From contig NC_043001.1 in NCBI RefSeq assembly GCF_006345805.1, positions 14,508,001 through 14,572,000 on the forward strand: 64,000 nucleotides of DNA. The letters are read 5' to 3'. The stretch's first letter is position 1, and the number at the start of each line of letters is the position of its first letter. This document shows, piece after piece, positions 53,676 to 64,000 of the stretch. The position numbers were made by a program, and so were the translations under genes. Source of the stretch: Octopus sinensis (lineage: Eukaryota). The notes below the pieces were generated by a model. The model searched no databases and had not been told where the DNA came from. It was given only the letters and a program-made list of their open reading frames with translations.

Positions 53676-54675
53676 TTACATGCCAAACCATCCAACCCTT
53701 GCAAGCATGGAAGACAGCCGTTTAATGATGATGATGATTAGCAATAATCCACAATTTTAATTAATGATAATTCAGACATTAAATCACATTTTAAAGTAAT
53801 ATCGTTTATCAGCCTTCAAAGAGAGCCGTATTAAAAGGTACTTTAATTAAAAGGTGCAACAGCAATGCATTTGTTTCGTTTGGCACAGTTTATTCAAAGT
53901 TGGTCAAATGCCACAACATAAACAAACTTGAGCAAGAAAAATTCTTTTCCCAACGCCTTTCGTTAAGCCAACAAATTCACTTATTCTTATAAATTCTTTT
54001 CATTTCTGTTATGAAGAAAATTTCAAAATAATTTTCCTGCAAGAAAAATAATTCCTAAGAATTAAAAGAAAGTGAAATAGTTATAAAATTCCAAAATATG
54101 TTTTCCCAACTTAATCTTATATATATATATATAGTGGCTGTGTGGTAAGAAGTTTGCGAGCTGGCAGAAACGCTAGCACGCAGGGCGAAATGCTTAGCGG
54201 TATTTCGTCTGCAACTATGTTCTAAGTTCAAATTCCGCCAAGGTCAACTTTGCCTTTCATCCTTTCGGGGTCGATTAAATAAGTACCAGTTATGCACTGG
54301 AGATGATATAATCGACTTAATCCATTTGTCTGTCCTTGTTTGTCCTCTCTGTGTTTATCCCCTTCTGGGTAGTAAAGAAGTAGGTATTTCATCTACCGTT
54401 TACTTCTGAGTTCAAATTCTACTGAGGTCGACTTGCCTTTCATCCTTTCGGGGTCAATAAATTAAGTACCAGTTACACACTAAGGTCGATATAATCGACT
54501 TAATCCCTGTGTCTGTCCTTGTTTGTCCCTCTATGTTTAGCCCCTTGTGGGCAATAAAGGAATAAGAGGCTTGCTCCCGAACCATGCGGTTCCGGGTTCA
54601 GTCCCACTGCGTGGCACCTTGGGCAAGTGTCTTCTATTATAACCTCAGGCCAAGCAAAGCCTTGTGAGTAGATTT

Positions 54676-54706
<31 letters not shown>

Positions 54707-54784
54707 GTATATGGGTAGCCCCATCAAGGCGATGGGGTTACCCATAACAGATGGTTAGCAAAGGAAGTAGAGGTGTATGTAAGA

Positions 54785-54920
54785 GTTTAGGACATTTACC
54801 CCACATGGACAATAACCTCCCTCCAAGGACAACAGATAATTTAAAACTTCTGAATGTATTTGAGAGGGGGTAATTTTCCTGGGGGAGGGGTTGTCTTATA
54901 GGGGGTAATTGTCCTGATAC
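54785..54920. mobile_element. Small MITE with reiterated GGACA(A/T)TTACCCC subterminal motifs
   Basis: Left GGACATTTACCCC and GGACAATAACCTCC; right GGGGGTAATTTTCC and GGGGGTAATTGTCC in inverted orientation. Confidence 0.5.
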
Positions 54921-55299
54921 GGTATGTAGTGAGTAAAGAACAAGAGTGAAAGTTTGGTTGATAAGAAATACCAATATGGCGAAGGGTGAGACGAGAGAGA
55001 GAGGAATGGCTCGGGAAAGAGAATCGTTCAGAAAATGGACATGAAAGGACGATGAGGAGAAACTATTTGCCATTAGATTTAGTCTGGTTTAAAATTAGAA
55101 ATAATCAGAACTAGGACAGTCTAGGAGTGTAACAAGGCCAAAAGTTCACAAATAATGCACTGCGGTACACCAGTCCAACTTTAGGAATACGTTTAGGTGT
55201 GGTGCAGTTTGAAAACATAATGCAAAGCTTTAGAAAATGTAATCTAAAGATTGATTATCTTGAAAAACGAGTTATTGATAATTCTGTTTAACTTACAAA

Positions 55300-56087
55300 T
55301 CTATATATATAAAAGTGAAGTTGTGTGTCTGTCTCCTACGATTTAGATTCCCAACTACTCCCACATTTTGCGGTGCAGTGTAACCAAAAGCGGGTATCTT
55401 ATAGTCGTGATTCATATCGAGCCCTTCTGGGTATTAGCGCGCTTCAACGAGGAGTCTACGGTTTAAAAAATAATTTACCATCATTTTTTTCCCATTTTAA
55501 TGCATATTTTTTTTAATATAAGGGAAGTAACTCTCTAAAAATGTCTACGATGAGTCAATGATTTAAAAAAAAATTTACCATCATTTTTTTTCCATTTTTA
55601 ATGCATTTTTTTGCTATTTTTTGGCTATAACTCTCTAAAAATGCTTATATAGTTATTTCCCTTACAAACCCGAGCAACGCCGGGCGATACTGCTAGTTAT
55701 ATATAAAAGAGAGGTTGTATGCTGTCTGTCTCCTACGATTCAGATTCCTAACTACTCCCACATTTTGCAGTGCAGTTTAACCAAAACCGGGTATCTTATA
55801 GTCGTGATTCATATCGACCCCTTCTGGGTATTAGCGCGCGTCTACGATGAGTCTACGACTTAAAAAAAAATTACCATCAATTTTTCCCATTTTTAATGCA
55901 TTTTTGGCATATATAAGGGAAGTAACTCTCTAAAAATTATTAAATCTCAGAACGTAAAAAGCTACAGTAACACCCCCCCCCCCTTGTGGTTAGCCATATT
56001 GAGATGGCTATTATACTTTACATCTCTAAAAATGCTTATATAGTTATTTCCCTTACAAACCCGAGCAACGCCGGGCGATACTGCTAG
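55300..56087 (+). mobile_element. Head-to-tail dimer of non-autonomous Helitrons (55300-55696, 55697-56087)
   Basis: Both units end CCCGAGCAACGCCGGGCGATACTGCTAG; the second starts immediately after the first. Confidence 0.8.
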
Positions 56088-56609
56088 TGATTAATAAATG
56101 AAAGAGACCAATACAGACGTGTGTATGTGTGAGTCAGAGAAGGAGAGAGAGAGAGAGAGGGATTCCTATTTAATCTCAGGTGTACCACGAAATCAAAATG
56201 ATTGAGAAGCACCTAATAGACTGAGGAAGCCTCTATATGGTTATTTGATTTGAAAGAAATAACAGCCAAATATCCTTCAAGTTGCACAGTACACTCATAT
56301 AGAGAGGAAGGAGACACTGGATAATGTAATCACAGGTATACCGTGCTGGCAAAAGAAAAAAACGATCCTGCCTGGAACACCTTTTATTATAGTGGAGGTA
56401 CATGGCCTAGTGGTTAGAGCTGCGGACTTGCGGCCGAGGGATCGCGGGTTCGAATCTCAGACCAGGCAATGTGTGTTTATGAGCGAAACACCTAAGCTCC
56501 ACGAGGCTCCGCAGAAGGTAATGAGGAACTTCTGCTGACTCCTTCGCCACAACTTTCTCTCACTCTTTCCTCCTGCATATTGCAGCTCATACCTGAAATT
56601 AGTATTTAA

Positions 56610-56831
56610 CCCTTTTGATACCAACCCGGCTGAAACCAGCTCTGGCCCCGAGTACAAATGTCTTGTTTTCAAATGTTCTGAATTAAAATCTTCCACCAAA
56701 CCTTAGTCACAAAATATGTTCCTAAAATTAGCTGAATGATATAACGAAGTTATTTTACTAAATTCTTTGTTATATTTAAAGTGATTGAAAGAAACACAGA
56801 GCATCTCAAAATAAATACAGTAAAGGAAGGG
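56610..56831. mobile_element. piggyBac-type MITE, same family; follows a truncated tRNA-SINE
   Basis: TTAA|CCCTTTTG ... GGAAGGG|TTAA. Confidence 0.8.
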
Positions 56832-57410
56832 TTAACACTTAATCGCTTTCAGAGACAGTAACCAACATGATGAAGTTATACCTAGTGAGATTTGAACCTG
56901 GAACCAAGACGAAGTAATAAACTGAATATTGTAATTTGTTTAGCTTGATATTTTGTCTTAGCCATCGAACATTCTTATACTTCCAGAACTAAATTTAAAA
57001 ATTGAATTTTAAGTTTGTGTTTTAATCTCTTACACTGAATATACAAGTAACAGTCTACCTTCTCTCTGGACATGTGCCATAACTTTACAACAGTTCAGTT
57101 CTGTGTTGTGAATATTTTATGTCAATATATAATCCTGTTTTTTTTTTTATTTTTTGTCTTTTTTTTATTCCCCATTGCATTACTATCGGAAATTATTAAT
57201 TCCATGCTGCAAATGTGATTATATCTTCAACTAATTAAATCAACCGCTGTTAATTAATGAAGCTAAATATCCAAAGAACAGCAAAAGTTGCGACATTAAT
57301 TGGATAATTTGCTAAAACATCAAAATAAATAATTTTTTTGACATGGAAATTACATGAAATAAGTATATATTTCTGTATGGGAATCTTTAGATCAACACAT
57401 CCTTTTATTT

Positions 57411-57441
<31 letters not shown>

Positions 57442-57463
57442 TGTGTGTGTGTGTGTGTGTGTG

Positions 57464-57501
<38 letters not shown>

Positions 57502-58266
57502 AGGAGAAAGAAAAGATGTTTTGATTTAAAGATTTCTATACAGAAATTAACGAGAATGATCTTCTTTGAAATGTGAAAGAAAATGGTTATATTTAACAGA
57601 TGATAATCCATTTTGCTGCTATCTCACCACCCATCAATGAAGTGGTTTCTACAAGTCAATCTGCTAGAAACAGCAGCCAAATCACTCTCAAATATCTTCT
57701 GACTGTCTTAAAGAAAGAACACATTAGGCAATGTGGTTCTAAATATTAAAAAGACGGGACGGTCTACTCAATCAAAGCTGACCTAGGGCTAAACAAACAA
57801 GAAAGAGCATGAGGAAAAATGTCATTTGAGGCAGTGTGGTCTTACATAATCTTGAAACTCCTGACAGCTGATTACAAGATTTACTGTAGCATGGATGGAT
57901 AATCTGGAGAACAGGGACGATACGGTGCCATCGCAGAGTTTGAGCTTGGCTCTAACAGTTAGCTCTTTTACTTGTTTCGGTCATTTGACTGTGGCCATGC
58001 TGGGACATCACCTTTATAGTCAAGCAAATTGACCCCAGAGCTTATTCTTTGTAAGCCTAGTACTTATTCCATCAATCTCTTTTGCCGAACCGCTAATTTA
58101 CAGGGACGTAAACACACCAACATCAGTTGTCAAACTATGTTGGGGGGACAAACACAGACGCACAAACATATACACACACATACATACATGTATATATATA
58201 TGTATATATATATATATGTATATATATATGTGTATATATATATGTTATATATATGTGTATATATAT

Positions 58267-58298
<32 letters not shown>

Positions 58299-59195
58299 CA
58301 TACATATATACGATGGGCTTCTTTCAGTTTCCGTCTACCAAATCCACTCACAAGGCTTTGGTCGGCCCAAGGCTATAGTAGAAGACACTTGCCCATGGTG
58401 CCACACAGTGGGAATGAACCCAGAACCATGTAGTTGCAAGCTACTTACCACACAGCCACTCCTACATCTAATATCAAACATTTTTGCGATAGCCATGCCA
58501 ACACGGAACTGAAGTAGATAAAAAAAAATTCCCTTTTTTTGTTATGATTAGTTAAAGTGAAATATTCCATTGTGAAGATACGAGATTAAAAACCTTTCAT
58601 ATAACAATCTGGTTTTCATTTATAAATTACATTATCAAATGAAAATGTGCTAATGACTAACATTAACGGGTCATAATTTCAATTAACTAATTCTATTTAG
58701 GCTGGCTAAAAAAAGGAACCCGCAACCATCCTCTAACCATAATTTCAGTAAAACGCAGCTTGTGTTTTATAAAATGAATCAAAGGCCTTTGCCGTGTATA
58801 CTGAATGTAGAAAATGGTCAAAAATTAGAGCATATGAACCCCAGTAATGGAAACAAAAAAAAGGCATTGTACTAGTGCCCCATTTTCTCCATTTTGGGGG
58901 ACTATATGCCCCCTAATATTAGACTATTGTCTGTAGCTAATATAAATGATGTAAGTTTATAATTCAATTTAGAAAATTTCACTCACTGCTGGTCATTAAC
59001 TCTTGCAGAATTTGCACAGAATGCGTTCTTTTGTTCTTTTACTGGTTTCAGTCATTTGACTGCGGCCATGCTGGAGCACCACCTTTAGTCAAGCAAATTG
59101 ACCCCAGGACTTATCCTAAGTGACGGAGACGTAAACACACCAACATCGGTCGTCAAGCTATGGTGGGGGGACAGACACAGACATATATAACAAAT

Positions 59196-59232
<37 letters not shown>

Positions 59233-59233
<1 letters not shown>

Positions 59234-59386
59234 TTTTTTTTCTCTCCTTGTTTTTTTGCGTGTACCTATCTGTAGAAGAGCATAGGCTCGAAATGTAACA
59301 GACTTTTTCTATTCCTGAGCATTATACTAATACATCAGTTTGTTTTGTACACCATCTGTCTTCGTCTTGTTTTTTTCGTGAACTAT

Positions 59387-59390
<4 letters not shown>
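59233..59390 (+). mobile_element. Penelope-like short element inside a SINE microsatellite, with a variant hammerhead motif
   Basis: 59270-59302 reads CTGTAGA-A-GAGC ATAG GCTC-GAAA-TG-TA-ACAGA; homologous to 50720-50928(-). Confidence 0.6.
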
Positions 59391-59431
<41 letters not shown>

Positions 59432-60182
59432 TACAACGGACTTCTTTCAGTTTCCATCTACCAAATCCACTCACAAGGCTTGGTCGGCCTCAGGCTATAG
59501 TAAAAGACACTTGCCCAAGGTGCCATGCAGTGGGACTGAACCCGGAACCATGTGGTTGGGAAGCAAACTTCTTACCACATAGCCACTCCTGTGTTTATTT
59601 TAATTTTCTTTTACAAATTCCTTTAGCATTTACGATACATAATAGAAATATAAAAACTTCGTACTTTACTGGTACCTCATTTTATGGATCTTCCAAAGAT
59701 GAAAAGCAGAGCTGATGTTAGTAGGATAGGAACTCAGATTGTAAAAAGACCACAACCAAATATTTCTAAGACATTTTATCAATCTTTTAAAACTTTGGAA
59801 GGATTCAACACACACGCACACGAAACACACAGAATTAATCTAGCAGCTGGAACAGAACAAAGGGGTCTTAAATACAATTATAATGTAAGATTGCAATTTA
59901 AACACAAATATTTTAAGACGGGTAGATCTTGTATTAGAGCCGGAGGCAGATTGGTATTACAAAGGTTAGACTATAGTTTAGCCAGATTATCAGCCCTTCA
60001 CAGCCGATTATTTTAATCCTAATTTACATAAACTTAAGTAATTATAAACTAAGTTTGATTATGAAATCACTTGAAGCAGAATTGTAGAAGTGCCAGGTTT
60101 GAGTAAATGGCAAACACTTTTGGTACGAACTTGTCTGAGATTTCCTACAAGTTTTGTGAACAAATTTCCTCTTTTACACTAA

Positions 60183-60542
60183 TCTCTATACGGCAAAATG
60201 TCTTCATGTGTGTCCTTTATACAAATCCACAATTTTTCAGTTAGAGTACTCGCACTTTCTATGGTCATTCAAAACCGTCCAAGGGTGGTCGTGCACATCT
60301 TTACATTTCCCCAGTCACCCTGCAAAGCCATTAAAAAAATCAATAGAAGTGACTTTTTTTGTGAATTTTCGATCCAAAACCCAATCAAAATGCCCGAAAC
60401 TTGATACGCCAATTGAATGCCAGCTAGCTGTATGTGATTGGTCGGAAATTTGGACAGTACTCGCGTGTATGTGTGCACACACACACAGCTGTATATGCAT
60501 GCACTAGCAATATGACCCGGCGTTGCCAGGTCATAGTACTAG
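60183..60542 (+). mobile_element. Non-autonomous Helitron, third family
   Basis: TCTCTATA start; terminal palindrome TATGACCCGGCGTTGCCAGGTCATAG followed by CTAG|T. Confidence 0.6.
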
Positions 60543-61958
60543 TTTACATTAAAACCTTCAATCAAAATTTCAGGTTAATATGCGTTTCAATCTCCAGCTT
60601 AATAATAACGTTTAATTAACTAAATTCTTCATTATTTTCAAAATTAAGTGAAATAAAGATCGTTTATTTACTTCCACAGAAATATTTTTTATTCCTTTAT
60701 TGCCCACAAGGGGCTAAACATAGAGGGGACAAACAAGGACAGACAGACGAATTAAGTCGATTATATCGACCCCAGTGCGTAATTGGTACTTTATTTATCA
60801 AACCCGAAAGGATGAAAGGCAAAGTCGACCTCGGTGGAATTTGAACTCAGAGCGTAGTGGCAGACTAAACACCGCTAAGTATTTCGCCCAGCGTGCTAAC
60901 ACTTCTGGCAACGAAAAGGTTAAAAGTGGCTTAAATTAAAACCCTCCACCAAAATCTCTTGTTAATGTATGTTCCAAACGATAATGATAAAATTATTTTT
61001 CTAAGTTCTTTATCCTAGGTGCAGGTGTTGCTGTGTGGTAAGAAGCTTGCTTCCCAACTACATGGTTCCAGGTTCAGTCCCACTGTGTGGCACCTTGAGC
61101 AAGAGTCTTCTACTACAGCCTCAGGCCTACCAAAGCCTTGTGAGTGGATTTGATAGATGGAAACTGAAAGAAGCCTGTCAGATGTGTGTGTGCATGTATG
61201 TGTTCCATCACTTGACAACCAATGTTGATGCATTTACGTCACTGTAACTTAACAGTTTGGCAAAAAAGACCGATAGAATAAGTACTAGGCTTACAATGGT
61301 GGTGGTGGTGGTAGTAGTAGTAGGAGATGGAGGAGGTTGTAGAGGGTGGGCAGTGGCAAAAATGGTAGAGTGTTGGATGAAATACTTTGCAATATTTAAT
61401 GCCGGTGGCACGTAAAAAGCACCATCCGATCGCGGCTGTTTGCCAGCCTCGTCTGGCACATAAAAAGCACCCACTACACTCACGGAGTGGTTGGCGTTAG
61501 GAAGGGCATCCAGCTGTAGAAACTCTGCCAGATCAGACTGGAGCCTGGTGCAGTCTTCTGGCTACGCGGACGTTAAACGATGATGATGATTTTGAGTTCA
61601 AATTCTGCCCAGGACAATTTTGCCTTTTATCTTTCCAGAGTTGATAAAATAAAACAATGAAACATTGGTGGTGGGGGGGGGGGGTAAGAGGGAACACAAT
61701 GGACAGTCAGTTCCAAAAACACTTGGAAAAAAGAAAAAGAAAGGAAAAGACTATACTGTACAGCAATCCTGTCTCGGACCATAACAATGTTGGGGAAAAC
61801 AGCCTGGGACATAACAATGGAAATTTTGTTTCTAGAACTGAAGAGCTTTAATTTACATCCACGAATTGATGGTATGGAAGAACAACAAACCAGTGTTTAC
61901 TATGGAAGAACAACAACATATTATATGTCACACTTTGGAAATGAATAAGGGTAATTAA

Positions 61959-62268
61959 CCCATAAAGCGCTGGGCTTTGCATTTACATTAGCATGGACGG
62001 CTGAGCACATTTTATGAAAATGAGACTACCATGCACACATAAAAAAACAAAAAATAGTTCAAATATGTTCTTAGTATATAATAGTAGCAAATTTTACACC
62101 TGAAAAGTTGAACTATTAGTCCTCTTGCAGTCTGAGGGGTATCAGAGCGTTTGAGTAACATTAGACCCCAACAAATGCCCATAAATTAAATGCATCTATC
62201 TAGGCCATGATTGTGGCCTGTCAACCTGTGCTTAACAGCCACGATCATGGCCTGTCATGCTTTATGGG
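61959..62268. mobile_element. piggyBac-type MITE, second family
   Basis: TTAA|CCCATAAAGC ... GCTTTATGGG|TTAA terminal inverted repeats. Confidence 0.7.
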
Positions 62269-62359
62269 TTAAAAGACAATAGACACCAAAAAGACACTCG
62301 GGTTTCAGTTGCACAAGATCTTGATTGTGTCGAGAACAATGAAAACTTTCAAAAAACTT

Positions 62360-62445
62360 TGCATAGGCCTCCAAAGCAGGTATCGCCAAGCTTTTGGCAA
62401 AATTTGATGCAGAATTTTTGCTCAACTTTCTCTGTCACAGTCAAC
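62360..62445 (-). mobile_element. Mariner transposase N-terminal fragment
   Basis: TEKVEQKFCIKFCQKLGDTC resembles the mariner N-terminal EQR.CIKFC motif. Confidence 0.65.
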
Positions 62446-62898
62446 ATGACAATCACATGCTACACACCTTCTTTCCAAGTACTGCTGTAAACAGTGGAAG
62501 TGAGCTGGAACGTTAAAACATAGTGCATATGCACAGCAGGGTTGAAGGTCAATCTGTGTGTGTGTGTGTGTGGAGGGGCAATGGCCCAGTGGTTAGGGCA
62601 GCGGACTCGCGGTCGGAGGATTGCGGTTTCGATTCCCAGACCGGGCGTTGTGTGTGTTTATTGAGCCAAAACACCTAAAAGCTCCCCAAGGCTCCGGCAG
62701 GGTGTGGTGACGACCCCTGTTGTACTCTTTCACCACAACTTTCTCTCACTCTCCCTTCCTGTTTCTTGAGTAACGCTGTGATGGACTGGCATCCCGTCCA
62801 GCTGGGGGCAACATATACGCCACAGAAACCGGGAAACGGGCCCATGAGCCTGACTAGGCTTGAGAAGGGCGACATTTATCACTTTATATATATATATA

Positions 62899-63070
62899 GG
62901 CGCAGGAGTGGCTGTGTGGTAAGTAGCTTGCTAACCAACCACATGGTTCCAGGTTCAGTCCCACTGCGTGGCATCTCGGGCAAGTGTCTTCTGCTATAGC
63001 CCCGGGCCGACCAATGCCTTATGAGTGGATTTGGTAGACGGAAACTGAAAGAAGCCTGTCGTATATATAT

Positions 63071-63121
<51 letters not shown>

Positions 63122-63308
63122 TTGTCCCCCTAGCATTGCTTGACAACCGATGCTGGTGTGTTTATGTCCCCGTCACTTAGCAGTTCGTCAAAAGAGACCG
63201 ATAGAATAAGTACTGGGCTTACAAAGAATAAGTCCCGGGGTCGATTTGCTCGACTAAAGGCGGCGCTCCAGCATGGCCACAGTCAAATGACTGGAACAAG
63301 TAAAAGAG
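62899..63308 (+). mobile_element. Full-length SINE family A, young copy
   Basis: Nearly identical to 40899-41280. Confidence 0.9.
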
Positions 63309-63644
63309 TATATATACACACACACACATACACAAAGAATATGTGTGTGTGTGTGAATGAGTGTCTGTTGCTGTCTGCTTGACTGATAGTTATAAACAAG
63401 TGTCACAACAGAGCAAGCAATGTACTTTGTTTCCCGTTTTCCATGAAAACATGTCTAGTCCTGGGCAAAATATTACTTTATTTGGAAGCAACAATGGAAA
63501 TGTGAACATTTGAATACTGATAATGAAAATTGTCAATTTTAAAAACCTGGCACTACATCACTGGTTAAAACCAAGCCTCAGAAGAGAGCATCTCAGATCT
63601 CAAAGTGCAAAAAAGGAAGCATCTATCTTACTCTCTGCTTAAGT

Positions 63645-64000
63645 CATCATCATCATTGTTTAATGTCCATTTTCCATGTTGGCATGGGTTGGACGGTTCG
63701 ACTGGGGGTCTGGGAAGCCAGGAGGCTGCACCAGGCCCAGTCTGATCTGGCAGTGTTTCTGCAGCTGGATGCCCTTCCTAACACCAACCACTCCGAGAGG
63801 GTAGTGGGTGCTTTTTACTTGCCACCAGCACTGGTCCCAGAGGGGGCTGGCATCAACCACGTTTGGATGGTGCTTTTATGTGCCACTGGTATGGGAGCCA
63901 GAGAGGGGCTGGCATCAACCATGTTTGGATGGTGATTTTACATGCCACCAGTACAGGAGCCAGTCAAGGCGGTACTGGCTTTAGCCACATTTGGATGGTG
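63645..64000 (-). mobile_element. RTE-related 3' fragment running off the window
   Basis: (GAT)n tail, terminal block and ~60-bp units. Further copies at 28620-28940(-), 37512-37843(+), 42363-42760(-), 49721-49880(-) and 61401-61589(+). Confidence 0.8.

Overview
AT-rich, repeat-dense eukaryotic DNA. The SINE/LINE families, (TA)n/(CA)n tracts and long introns look like an octopod cephalopod genome (inference; no search run). The only host gene I can support is the last two coding exons of a claudin/PMP-22/EMP-type four-transmembrane protein on the minus strand (27236-27093, 24792-24593), followed by a roughly 5.5-kb SINE-free stretch that is probably its 3'UTR. Its upstream exons were not found. 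The rest is transposon debris: several tRNA-derived SINE families, RTE, CR1 and CRE (RT + restriction-like endonuclease) LINE fragments, mariner/pogo/piggyBac MITEs, non-autonomous Helitrons, and short elements sitting in (TA)n tracts. Main observations: (i) several short elements, most in (TA)n tracts, carry minimal type-I hammerhead-ribozyme motifs, some with non-canonical cores and fold-back structure (Penelope-like); (ii) three retro-insertions sit at the same nucleotide of one SINE's tRNA-like head; (iii) a local inverted duplication was later hit by an RTE LINE; (iv) there is a perfect 89-bp hairpin. Nearly all supplied ORFs are microsatellite or repeat artefacts. There is no CRISPR array or prokaryotic system.
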